Source: Octopus sinensis (Eukaryota). From it: 64,000 bases of DNA. Shown one piece after another: positions 1 to 11,919 of the stretch. The stretch's first letter is position 1. Every line of letters starts with the position of its first letter. The DNA lies in the NCBI RefSeq assembly GCF_006345805.1, contig NC_042997.1, forward strand, positions 8,928,001 through 8,992,000. Reading direction: 5' to 3'. The position numbers and the translations under genes are program-made. A model generated the notes under the pieces. The model made no database searches. It was not told the origin of the DNA and was given only the letters and a program-made list of their open reading frames with translations.

Positions 1-1230
1 AGATATGGCCAGACTCTTCATGACCTGATGGAACATAAAACTTAGGCTATCCCTTGATGAACACTCTATTGATGTAATACTACACTGTAAGTATATAGAT
101 GATGTCAATATTCTAACTAAGACAATCACATATAGTTGTACTGAGGAAGCCAGGTGGAGTACAAGGGAGAGCATCCAGTGCATAACTAACTGTCCATCAG
201 AGTATCAAGGTAACAATAGACCACCCTAATATGCACCCTAACAATAGGCTCCCTGTCCTTGGTATGGAACTTTGGTAATAGACTACAAATAACAAGGTTC
301 AACTCCTCCACTCCTATTATATGAAACCTATAACTTCCAAATATGTTATTCACAAGAACTCTGCTTTATAATACAATGTAAAGATAAACATACTAATAGC
401 TGACTTAGTATAATGAACAATGTGTCCCCCACCCCACCCCATGCCAACCCTTTGAAATAAAGAGAAATGCACAGGACTTTATGCATTGCATGCTGTTTTC
501 TGACAATGACCAAAGAGATATGTCAGAGTGTACGTGGGAGCTAGGAAGAAGTTAGATATCATAAGTAAGTATGACCGTAGATCCTACTGGCAACCAAGTT
601 TTATTGTTTGGAACTATTGTTAACAGGCCATACCAAGCAAATAACAATGGACATGTATAATGCATAAACTACATCAAATATATTGTATGTTTTATACAGG
701 GGTAAAATTTTCCAAACAAAATTTCTGCAACAGATAATTAATCCACAGGTTTCGAAAGGCTCTAGAGGATATAAAACTCAACATTAAGATCATTGAGAAA
801 CCGGGGTGGGCATATATGTGATGGTATAAGCAGGTATATAAAGGGTAGGGTTTGAACGACAGCAAAATTATGTAAGACGAACCCCTTCGATAAGACCACA
901 TATACTGACAGAAACTTTGTGATATGTACTTTTAACTTCAGTATCAACTGTAAGACCAGGAATATGGTCTACAGCATAAAGTGCATTGAGTGGGGGTGTA
1001 AGAACATACATTGGGGAGTTCTAGGAGTTTAGTGGAGAGATTAAATGAACACATAGGCAAGAGTATAACGACAGGAAACAGTTGTCTATAATCTATCAGC
1101 ATGCCTGATATCAACATGGTGGTATGCCAAGCCAAATTAGCATTGGTATCTTGTCTTAACACACTTCAACAAACCTCTCAGGGCCTGTTCTTATAAATGA
1201 GACATTACCAATACTGGATAGAAAATATAT
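1..1230 (+). pseudogene. Decayed Penelope-like retroelement (RT C-terminus, linker, C-terminal GIY-YIG endonuclease)
   Basis: Manual translation of broken frames: KYIDDV (89-106), LPVLGMEL, YYMKPITSKYVIHKNS, IKIIEKPG..KLCKTNPF, CKTRNMVYSIKC (from 949), TYIGE/SRSLVERLNEH, VLINETLPILDRK. This is the RT-thumb + CCHH/GIY-YIG order of EN+ PLEs. Multiple stops and frameshifts. Confidence 0.85.
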
Positions 1231-1935
1231 GGGGCTATTGAAGTTTTGCACTTCTCCTTGAAAAATGCATTTTTTTGAAAATATTTTTTTGAATTCCTAC
1301 ATTTAAGATGTCGGAGATTACGAATATGAAATATTTTTTTTTTTAAATGCAAGAAACCACGTTTTCAAAATTTCAAATTTAATAAGCATATAGATATGTG
1401 TATAAAGAGATAGATATGAATGTCTTCCTGGGGCTAAAAACAACAATAACACCGTCTTCTATAGGACTGCCACATTTAGCTGACAAATCTATTTTATAAA
1501 TAAACAGACAGGGATAAATAGATAGACAGATAAATGAATAAACAGATGAAAAAGTTCAAAATTTAAAATTCGGGAGGGGGTGAAATTTGAGCCCCTTATT
1601 AAACTTTATAACATTAATTATTAAATATTAATGTTTGTTTCTCATAAAATGGTGTATAGTTAGTTTACATTAAATTCTTATTTACACAAATAAAACACAA
1701 ATTCTCTTCCCTTTAATGTTTTTGTCTGGATTTAATTTCAATTTGCATATGTTTGTCAATTCACTACAGTCTCTTTAAAGTAAACAACATCAAAAATTTA
1801 AATTGGTGGGGGGTGAAATTTAAAAAAAATTATTTTTTGTATATTCGTAATCTCCAACATCTAAAAAGTAGGAATCCGAAAAAATTTTTTTGAAAAAAAT
1901 GCATTTTTCAAGAAGTGCAAAAGTGCATTAGCCCC
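1231..1935. mobile_element. MITE with ~100-bp terminal inverted repeats, GGGG...CCCC ends
   Basis: ggggctattgaagttttgcacttc...gaaaaatgcattttttt...gagattacgaatat at the left matches the reverse complement of ~1835-1935. Flanks aaatatat / aaatatac (7/8 candidate TSD). Confidence 0.75.
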
Positions 1936-1989
1936 AAATATACATAATAGGTAGTAGTTCTAGAACGCCACTGTTACCATCCATGCAAT

Positions 1990-2560
1990 ATGCATAAATG
2001 GGTGCATCGTGGGTGATGGGCATATATGTGATGGTATAGGCAGGTATATAAAGGGTAGGGTTTGAACGACAGCAAAATGCAAGAAAACCCATACAGAGAA
2101 CTACATGCAAATATGTTCAATTCCAATACACATCCATGCATATCAATGCACGCACATACGTGCCCACACATAGATATAGGTAGGTATAGATAAGGTAAAG
2201 GTAGGATGACAACAAGATGCAAGGAAATCCATATAAATAAATACATATGAAGGTATGAACAGCCCCAATACACAAACATCCATGCAGATCCAAAGGCACA
2301 CATGGATGGGCACATATACACACATAAACATACATGGGAACACAGGAACATTCAACCACACACACTCATCAATACAACCACGAATACACGTGTATACAAA
2401 CACACACACACTAATGTGCATGGGTATATGGGCACACGGGCCCAAGCACATGCACATAAACACAAGAACACAAGAACACTCAACCAGAACACACACATCT
2501 ACATACACACACGCACGTGCATGCCACATATACACACATGCACACACTTGATGAGGCACA
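1990..2560. repeat. Degenerate ~150-bp tandem repeat grading into CA-rich low-complexity sequence
   Basis: Recurrent ccaatacaca..catccatgca..atc and ggta..ta.a.aagg...aggat...gacaac/agcaaaatgcaag.aaa.ccata blocks. Confidence 0.55.
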
Positions 2561-3694
2561 ATGACATTGAAACGTCAGGTGTACATTAATAAATCAAGTG
2601 AGTTAGGAACATGAATTCATTTGAAAAGAGAAATTGTTCTTCAATGACAAAACACAACAGTAATTAGCATATTCAGATTTGAATTTGCTGGAATGTATTA
2701 AAAATGAATATGCACGTTAGCATATTGCAGCAAGAAAAAAAGAAAAGAAAAGAAAAGAAAACAATCAGAAAATGAAAATAAACAACACATAAACCATTTA
2801 ACTGCATTTACTGATAACTCATTGAATAAACAATATGCTAGTTTCAGTTCAATATGACGGTCATGATTGAAAAATGGAACATAAATATCATTAAAACATA
2901 CATAAAATTTTATTAAGAACTGGACTATTAATTGTACAAGCAATTTTGGCATAGAGAAATAGGATATGAATGCCATTGTTTAGAGATAAAGGTTCTGACA
3001 CACACAAGAAAAAAAAAATGGCCAAATACAATGCAAGTACTTGATGACCATCTGAAATTGAACTAATAAAATATTATGCAGAATGTGTGAAAGAAAATTC
3101 AGAAGATGGTGTTAATAGTCTACAAAACTTTAATTATTGTCATAACTAATTTCAGAAGTTGAGACATATAATGAGATTGTCAATTTTCTTTATGGCATTT
3201 GAATAACTTGCACTCATCTCTATTATAATGGTTTCCAATGAAATATTGCATGGCAAATTGACAAAGATTGCTGAATACAAGACCAAAGATATAAAACTAT
3301 TCAGTTTTGTCTCTTAATTGGTTGAGGACAAATCATTCAAAAGTCAAGTAACAAATAACAGTAAATATATTCTAAGTTCAAATCCTGCTAAGGTCGTAAT
3401 AAATTATAAAAGAAATAACAACAAAAATATTAAAAGGACTTATTGAATAAAGTATTAAAACTGCTAGCTCATGATGTTAATAACAATGATTACATATTGA
3501 TTGTTATAATCATCAATGAATGCACTCAGTGTATCATATGTATTTGAGGTATAAATATATACAGGTTAGAGCTTGGTTAAAGATGACTTCCAGTGATCGT
3601 TATGATAAATGATCAGATGATGAATTAACTAATAAGATTTTTAATTTTTTTCATATGGAGTAGTAATAACAATTGACATTATCTGTGTGCCAAG

Positions 3695-5600
3695 CAAGAG
3701 TTGGGTACCAGGGAACTGTATCAGATAGCCAGAAGGGAAGCTAGGAGACAGGTATATATAGGCAAGGGAGAAGCAGAAAAGAAGAAGTTTGCTAATGTTC
3801 AGTGATGTGAGGACTAAATAAATGAAGTATTTCAGATTGCAAAACAGTGTGTGACAGAAAATCGTGATGGGATAAGAGAGAAATATGTCTGCATGGATGA
3901 TGGTGCACTTGCATTTAATGATTCTGCAGAGAAAGAGGCTTGGAGATGCTATTATGAAAGACTGCTGAATGTGGAGAATGAATGAGAATTGGAGAGTCTG
4001 CCAAAGGTTGACCCAATTGAGGGACCAGCTACCCAAATTGACAGTACCCAGGTAGGTAAAGCAATTAAGGATATGAAGACAGGGAAAGCCCCTGGCCCAT
4101 CAGGAATCACCGTTGAGATGCTTAAAATATCTGGAGGTGTGGGTTATGGTCTAGTCACCCACATCGTAAACCAGGTACTTCATGAAGGAGTCATACCTAA
4201 TGACTGGTGTAGCAGCATCATAGTCAAGCGCTACAAAGATAAAGGTAATGATTTAGATAGAAATAACTACAAGGGTATCAAATTGCTGGATCATGTAATG
4301 AAAGATACAAAGAGAGTCATAGCCTAACTAATTGGGGAGAGAGTTAGCCTTGATGAGATGCAGTTTGGTTTTGTGCCAGGAAGAAGCACCACTGATGCTA
4401 TATTTCTGGTAAGACAACTGCAGGAGAAATACCTAACTAAAGTTAGATCTTGTACTTGGTTTTTATTGACTTGATCCCTTATCTGGTGGTTAATGTGGAA
4501 ACTAAAGATAGACAAGTGGTTGGTAAGAGCTATATAAGTCCTGTAAAGGGAGGCTGTCAGTAAGGAGAGGGGTGACAATGAGTATAGTGAAGGATTCCAG
4601 GCAGTGGTAGGGGTTCACCAAGGATCAATCCTCAGCTCCCTCTTATTCATCACAGTCCTCCAAGCAATAACAAAGGAATTCAATGCAGGCTGCCTGTGGG
4701 AGCTCCTCTATGCTGACAATCTTGCTCTAATAGCTGAGTCACTACCAGAACTAGAGACAAAGTTTAGGGTGTTGAAGCAAGGTTTAGAATAGAAGGGGCT
4801 TAGAGTCAATCTTGCAAAAGCCAAAGTCCTAGTAGGTAGGAAAGCAGGCAAATCCCTTCTGGTAGATGGCCCTGCTCAATCTGTAGAAAAGGCATAGGTA
4901 GAAGCTCCATAAGATGTACCCAGTGTAAGCTATGGACACATAAGAGGTGCAGCAATATCAAAGGAAGGTTAACTGGGAAGATAATTTTTGTGTGGGGAAG
5001 ATGTACAGGGGCAATAAACACCAAAAATGTACAGAAAACAGATTCCATCACATGACAGCGGGGAAAAACAAGAAGTAGTTGATAGCTTCCACAATCTAGG
5101 TGACCAAGCCTGTAGTGGAGGTGCTCTGAGAGTGCAGCTGCTAGAATAAGGATAGCCTGGGCAAAGTTCAGAAAGCTCCTACCTCTGTTGACAACTAAGG
5201 GTCTCTCATTCAGTTTGAAAAGTAGACTGTATGATGCATGTGTGTGAACTGCCATGATACACAGCAATGAAATATGAACTGTGATTGCTGAGGACATGCG
5301 TAGATTTGAAAAAAATGAAGCTAGCATAATCCGCTGGATGTGTAATGTCAGTGTGCATACATGACAGAGTGTAAGCACTCTGAGAGAATAGATGGACATG
5401 TAAAGTGCAAGAGAGACGACTGTGCTGGTATGGATGAGGACAGCTGTGTAAAGAAGTGTCACACCTTAACAGTGGAAGGAACCTGTGGAAGAGGTAGAAC
5501 CAGGAAGATATGGTATGAGGTGGTGAAGCATGAGCTTCGGACGTTGGGCCTCACAGAGGCAATGACAAGAGACCAAGACCTTTGAAAATAGGCTGTGATT
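3695..5600 (+). pseudogene. RTE-clade LINE, 5'-truncated, disrupted reverse transcriptase ORF
   Basis: ORF pieces GKAPGPSGITVEMLK, GIKLLDHVMK, QFGFVPGRSTTDAIFLVRQLQEK, GVHQGSILSSLLF, LLYADNLALIAES, VEGTCGRGRTRKIW; stops and frameshifts. Confidence 0.93.
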
Positions 5601-6418
5601 GACATGACTCAGCAAGTAAAGTGAGATCACAGCCATGGCTAATGCCAGTGTTGCATGATCGGCCCAGTTAAAAGTATCCTTGAAGCATCAGCCAATATGA
5701 TGTGCTTGAGAAGACCTGTTGACTCAAGTGAAATCAAAATTGTAGTCATGGCCAGTGCCACCAGACGGGCACCCATGCTGCTGGCATGTAATAAGCACCA
5801 TTCAAGCATGAGTCGGTAGTGTCACCTGACTGGCTTCCTGTGACAGTGGTGTGTAAAAAGCACCATCCGAACATTCCCCCAGACAAGTTTCCATGCTGGT
5901 GGCAAGTAAAAAGCACCATCCAAACATGGTCAATGCCAGTTCCCACTGTATGGCTCCAATGCCAGTGGCTCATAAAATGCACTGGCCAAACATGGTCGAG
6001 ACCAGTACCCACTGACTGGCTACCATGCTGATGACATGTAAAAAGCACCATCCAAACAAGGTTGATTCCAGTGCCCGCCGAATGGCTCCTGTGCTGGAGG
6101 CATGTAAAAAGCACCATCCAAACATGGTCGATGCCAGTTCCTTCCGACTGACTCCCATGCCAGTGACACATAAAAAGCACCACCTAAACGTGGTCAATGC
6201 CAGTGCCCCCTCATTGGCTCCCATGCCAGCGGCATGTAAAAATCCCCCTACACTCTCAGAGTGGTTGGCGTTAGGAAGGGCATCAAGCTGTAGAAACATT
6301 GCCAGATCAGATTTGAGTCTTGTGCAGCCCACTGGCTTGCCAGACCTCAGTCAATCCATCCAACCCATCTCAGCAGGGTAAACAGACGTTAAACGACAAC
6401 GACGACGACGATGATGAT
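5600..6418 (+). mobile_element. RTE 3' UTR: ~60-bp minisatellite (aaaagcaccatcc...) plus conserved tail ending in (GAC/GAT)n
   Basis: Directly follows the RTE ORF end; tandem aaaagcaccatccaaacatggtc units, then gagtggttggcgttaggaagggcatc...caacccat...gttaaacgacaacgacgacgatgat. Confidence 0.85.
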
Positions 6419-6420
6419 AT

Positions 6421-6685
6421 TATTTTCATTATTTACATTATTTACATTTGACGGATATTTGTCCTCATCTTGTTTGTTGTTAACACAACGTTTCGGCTGA
6501 TATACCCTCCAGCCTTCTTCAGGTGTCTTGGGGAAAATTTCGAACCTGGGTTCTCATTCCTAAGGTATTCTTCGATGTTATTATTATTATTATAATTATT
6601 ATTGTTCAGGTCACTGCTTGGAATCGAACTCAGGATCTTGGGGTTAGTAGCCCACGTTCTTAACCACTATGCCATATACCCACGA
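6421..6685 (-). mobile_element. tRNA-headed SINE-like element carrying a hammerhead ribozyme (family D, copy 1)
   Basis: Minus strand: head tatggcatagtggttaag...gagttcgattcc (A/B boxes), (AAT)n, body gaataccttaggaatgagaacccagg, hammerhead motif, tail tccgtcaaatgtaaataatgtaaataat. Homologous to 13290-13655 and 39250-39564. Confidence 0.8.
6482..6527 (-). ncRNA. Minimal type I hammerhead ribozyme motif
   Basis: GACAC-CUGAAGA-A-GGCUG(gagggtatat)CAGCC-GAAAC-GUU-GUGUU: stem I GACAC/GUGUU, 5-bp stem II, loopless palindromic stem III (AACGUU), NUH = GUU. One extra A precedes stem II. Confidence 0.65.
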
Positions 6686-6764
6686 GCATATATATTTTTG
6701 TTAATTTTCATCATGTAATATATATAGGAAAACAGCTATGCAATATACAGAACAACATATTTAC

Positions 6765-6793
6765 TGCCATCAAAGAATGTCTTCAAACCAAGC
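6765..6793 (-). CDS. Candidate exon of host gene (LGLKTFFDG), phase 2 to 1
   Basis: Acceptor cttatatatttccacag, donor gtaaat; only one frame open. Confidence 0.4.
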
Positions 6794-6950
6794 CTGTGGA
6801 AATATATAAGTATGTAAAAAGCCCATTGTTATTTGGAATAACCTGAATGCAAAGTAAAATACTAAAAATGGAAGATGAAGACTAATACTGGAAATTAGAA
6901 TTATTATTACAAAAACTAGTTGCAAAGGTTTATACATTAAATCAACATAC

Positions 6951-7391
6951 TTTTTACTCTTTCATTGTTTCAGTCATTTGACTGTGGCCATGCTGGAGTA
7001 CCGTCTTTTAGACAAGCAAATCAACCCCAGGACTTATTCTTTGTAAGCCTAGTACTTATTCTATCCTTCTCTTTTGCCAAACTGCTAAGTTACGGGGAGG
7101 TAAACACTCCACCATCGGTTGTCAAGCGATGTTGGGGGGACAAACACAGACAGATAAATGTATAGACACACATACATATATCCTTAAATCCTTAAAAATA
7201 TTTTAGCTCGAAGGCCACGGCCATACATATTTACGACGGGCTTCTTTCAGTTTCCGTCTACCAAATTCACTTACAAGGATTTGGTCAGCCCAAGGCTATA
7301 GTAGAAGACACTTGCCCAAGGTGCCATGCAGTGGGACTGAACCCGGAACCATGTGGTTCGTAAACAAGCTACTTACCACACAGCCACTCCT
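6951..7391 (-). mobile_element. tRNA-derived CORE-type SINE (family A), full length
   Basis: Head aggagtggctgtgtggtaagtagc...gggttcagtccc, CORE-like ggcaccttgggcaagtgtctt, internal microsatellite, tail ...gtaaaaga. Multiple homologs in the window. Confidence 0.85.
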
Positions 7392-7458
7392 ACACCTATG
7401 TGGCTGTGTTAGTAAAAATTATAATTGGTGACAGGAATAATTATGTTGCTTATGTTCA

Positions 7459-7724
7459 TTTTATTCCCACTTAAACATGAATGTTCTGCTAGAACAAACT
7501 ATACTGGAGTAGAAACCATGAGAGAAACTTTCATAATTGGCTTCTTGTGCAAAGTTCATTCTTCTTTACATCACTAGCACTGGAGAATGTGGGGATTTAT
7601 CTCCCCACTAGCAATGTAAACAAGAATGCATTTCGCACTAAAAGCCAATACGAGAGATTTTCTCATGATATCTACCACAGTATAGCTTGTTCTAACAAAC
7701 ATCCATGTTCAAGTGGGGATAAAT
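7459..7724. repeat. ~265-bp foldback; two inverted ~130-bp MITE-like units
   Basis: 7466-7575 is roughly 75% reverse-complementary to 7608-7718; each half is bounded by (t)ttat(c)ccccact / gtggggat(a/t)(a/t)at. Confidence 0.65.
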
Positions 7725-8539
7725 ATTACCTCTCAGTATTAATTTTGTTGCTAATATATATAGTTCAATTTAGCCTTTAATTAGACCAGTCACCAGAGGC
7801 ATTCCTCTATTTTTTAAAACTAACTTATCCAATGTGTCTGTTTTTTTGTTTTTTATAGGGTGTGATGAGATAAATTTGGTTGTTATTTTCAGAAGTTTTT
7901 AGGATTATTATGATTGCTTTTAACTTGAAGAAAAATGAATTTTGTAAGTAAAGAGAGTGTATATGTTAATCAATGAAATAGAATATATACAGTATTATTG
8001 TGTAAATGTTAGATTAGTGAAAGTGTAGTTGACACCAGAACACACCGAATGGCAGAACTCTATTGCAGAAACAAATATGACACAACAAATTTAAATGTCA
8101 TAATGCATCTAGTTAGTTTCCATTTTGCTACTTGTGCCAAACTCATCTAATAAAATGGACAACTATAATAAACTAAGAGTTTATTTTTTTTAGCCAAACA
8201 AAAATTTCCAAAGATCTAGGAAAGTGTGAAAAATATTTTTAAACAAAGAAAACAATGCGATGTGAAAGAATACAAATACAAAAGCTACATGAAACACAAC
8301 AACAAAAAACACACACACAGACACATGCACATACAAACATATAAACACACACACACACATACACATACAAACACACAAACCCAAACACAAACACCCACAA
8401 ATGAAATAGTTTTCCAAGTTTCATCTGTCAAAAGTGTTTGCCAAAATAATTCATATTGTTTCATCAAAAGGAAGCAAAAACATTATGAAAAGAAGGGGAA
8501 AAAGTGTTGAAATTTTCCTTATGAACATCTTTTGCATAC

Positions 8540-8578
8540 GTTTTTAGTTCTTATGTTATCGCACTGCAGGTACCCGTT
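8540..8578 (-). CDS. Candidate exon of host gene (NGYLQCDNIRTKN), phase 0 to 0
   Basis: Acceptor atttattctactag, donor gtatgc; 39 nt; only one frame open; in frame with 10540-10586. Confidence 0.5.
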
Positions 8579-8880
8579 CTAGTAGAATAAATTCATCTCA
8601 TAAATAAACACAATATAAATTGTTTCGTGTGCTTAAGTGTGAATATATGTTTGCATATATGTATGTATATATGCAAGTATGTATGTATGTATGCATATAT
8701 ATATATATCTTGATAGATAGATAAATTGATTGATAGAATGATATAGATGTAGATATAGATATGTATATGTGTGTGTGTACGTGTGTGCGTATATATATAT
8801 ATATATATGTATATAGATAGATAGATAGATAGATGTGCATGTATATATATATATATATCATCATCATCATGATCATCATG

Positions 8881-8911
<31 letters not shown>

Positions 8912-9047
8912 GATATACATACACATACATATATATATCTATCGATATATATATATATAATTTCATGCACAGAAAAGTGGAAGTTAAATTGAAGATGATA
9001 TATGTGGTGTATGTATGTGTATATATATATATAATTATATATATAAT

Positions 9048-9084
<37 letters not shown>

Positions 9085-9512
9085 AACAGTATGAGAATTC
9101 ACACATAAACTGTTGGCTCATCCATATGGAAATTGAACATCTTAGAGAAGTTTTTAACAGTAGCTAGATAGTAAATGTGAGAAAATTTAATTTGATAGCT
9201 ATCATTTGTTTTATGTCATATTCACAAATACATATATACGTATACATATATAACTAAATATGTGTGTGCTTGTATGTATGTGTGTATGTTTGTGCATGGT
9301 ACTGTGTGTAAATGGTCGTGTATGTGTATGTGTCTGTATCATTATTATTGTTATTATCACCATCCTTTTTGCCTGCATAAGAAGTGGAAATATGTGCGTA
9401 CATTTTTGTGTATATATGTGCAAGTATATTGAGAGAGAAGAGAGACAGTAAGTATGAGTGACAGAGAGAAAGACAGAGTTAAAGACATTCATAAACATAT
9501 ATAAAAAATGAT

Positions 9513-9556
<44 letters not shown>

Positions 9557-10228
9557 TGTATGTAAGTATGTATGTGTATATACATATATGTATGTATGTA
9601 TATATACATGTGTATATTTGTATGTATGAATATATGCTTATGTATATATATATGATATATATATAAATATGCATATATATAAATGCATACACAAATAGAT
9701 AGATAGACAGATAGATAGATACATACATACACACATACATACATACATACATACGTAATACATTCATACTTACATACATAAATACATACATACACACATA
9801 CATAAATATATACATACATACATACATACTTACATATGTATATACATCTAAAACATATATGTGTGCTTGTGTGTGTCTGTATGCGAGACTCATATCATAT
9901 TCTTATCTTCAGATGATGAATAATCCTTTTAAAATTATTACATACTAAGTGTCATTTGATTTCCCTTTAATCTTTTTTTATTTTAATCATTTGATTAAAA
10001 AGAAGAGATATATAAAAAAATTGTCAAAGACCTCTCATAATGTGTATTACATATGCATAGATTTTGATATATATATATACACACCCATATATGTATATAT
10101 GTGCATATTTGTGTATATACACCACACACACATTTATATACATATATTTGTGTGTAAACATATATGTATATGTATATATATGAATATGTATATATATATA
10201 TGTATGTATATATAGATGTGTCTATATA

Positions 10229-10273
<45 letters not shown>

Positions 10274-10338
10274 CTATATAAATACATACACACATACATA
10301 CATACATACATACATACATACATACATACATACATACA

Positions 10339-10369
<31 letters not shown>

Positions 10370-10539
10370 TGAAGTGATAAAAGATATATTTCTTCGAATA
10401 TACTTAACATTGTAAATAATAACAAAAAAGCATAAACAAAGTAATATTCAATGAAAAAAAAATTCCAAAAATGTCAAGTAAAGTTTGTGTACATAAAACA
10501 ACTAAGTCCATTTGCTTTCTATTTATTGATATTACTTAC

Positions 10540-10586
10540 ATTTTTGATTTCTGTGAATTCCACTTCAGCAGAGTCTATCAAAGTGA
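10540..10586 (-). CDS. Candidate exon of host gene (xTLIDSAEVEFTEIKN), phase 1 to 0
   Basis: Acceptor tttctatatcattgtttttag, donor gtaagt; 47 nt; only one frame open. Confidence 0.6.
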
Positions 10587-10827
10587 CTAAAAACAATGAT
10601 ATAGAAATGTATGTCTTGTTTCCTTTATTGTATTAATATTATTTTAATATCATATTTATATAACTTACACAGAAATATTCATAGCAATTCTTTTTTTTCA
10701 TAGTAAACTTTTTGGTAATAGCTTACTTGCTTGTTTTACATGTGTACGTGTTTGTGCTTGTCTGTGTGTATTTATATATATATGTATATGTATGTATGTA
10801 TATATATATATATATGTATATATATGA

Positions 10828-10874
<47 letters not shown>

Positions 10875-11723
10875 ATTGTATATATATGTATATGTATGTA
10901 TGCATATATATATACATACATAGACATATATATGTGTGTGTGTGTGTGTATATATATATATAAACACATAGATAGATATATGAATATATATGCATGTGTA
11001 TGTGTGTGAGTATGTGTAAACAGGTATACAAATGCACACGCATATATATAGAGAGACAAACAAACAGACGGACAGACAATCAAAGGGGTGTAAAGTGAGA
11101 TGGAGGGGATGATGAGAATGAGAGAGTGAGAGAGAGAGAGAAGTTAATATTTGCTCTATGCAAAACTGTTGTCGTTAACCAGACAGAAAATCGTGCATAG
11201 ATTGTTAGTTTTGTTTTTCCTTTTTAATATGAATATGGTTATATAGTAATTAGATTCCAGATTTAATTCGTCATGCCTTAGAATATTTGACATTAATCAG
11301 ACCCCATAAAGTTAGTTTCACTTTTAAGTTGTACAAGAAAGCATTGTGTTGCTACTGTCGTATTTTATGATTCATAACTTAGCTCTAGATAAGTAGTGTT
11401 ATGGTAGAGAGACATATGATTGAAGAGAGTAATCAATTGATGAATGTACCCATAACCAGTTCATCTTTATGATGGAGCATCATGATAAGAGATATCTGAA
11501 TCAAACTATGGTAATTAGTCTACTAAATATAAGATAGATTATTCTATACATGGATATGACATTAAATTCATGTTTGTTTAACATGTCCATTGTTAATTAT
11601 TAAGTAATTTATAATTATTAAGGAAATTATTTCCTTAGTTTCTGGAGCTGAGTAAATGGTTTTCATAAAGGTTTTCACCAGGTGTTCTGGGAAGACTTGA
11701 AAAATCAAATCATGATTGTTCAT

Positions 11724-11886
11724 GGTACAGGGGTCTGTGTGTGGTAAGAAGTTTGATTCCCAACTACATGGTTGCAGGTTCGGTCCCACTGCTTGGCACC
11801 TTGGGCAAGTGTCTCCTTACTATAGCATCTGGCCAACCAAAGATTAGTGAGTGTATTTGTTTAATGGAAGCTGAAAGAAGTCTGTC

Positions 11887-11890
<4 letters not shown>
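11724..11890 (+). mobile_element. Family A CORE-SINE, 5' half
   Basis: gtgtggtaagaagtttg...ggcaccttgggcaagtgtc...gaaagaagtctgtc then (TA)n. Confidence 0.75.

Positions 11891-11919
<29 letters not shown>

Larger units (their letters stand above)
8280..11130. repeat. Dense field of (CA)n, (TA)n, (TATG)n, (GATA)n, (CAT)n, (GA)n microsatellites
   Basis: Visible directly; source of the YI/CV/HT-repeat pseudo-ORFs. Confidence 0.95.

Noticed and set aside
8190-11083. Many 60-200-aa ORFs rich in YI, CV, HT and MYVC repeats (also at 16.1, 27.7, 34.1, 37.6, 50.0, 50.9, 60.9 and 63.5 kb)
   Set aside because: Translations of (TA)n, (CA)n and (TATG)n microsatellites; no coding signal.
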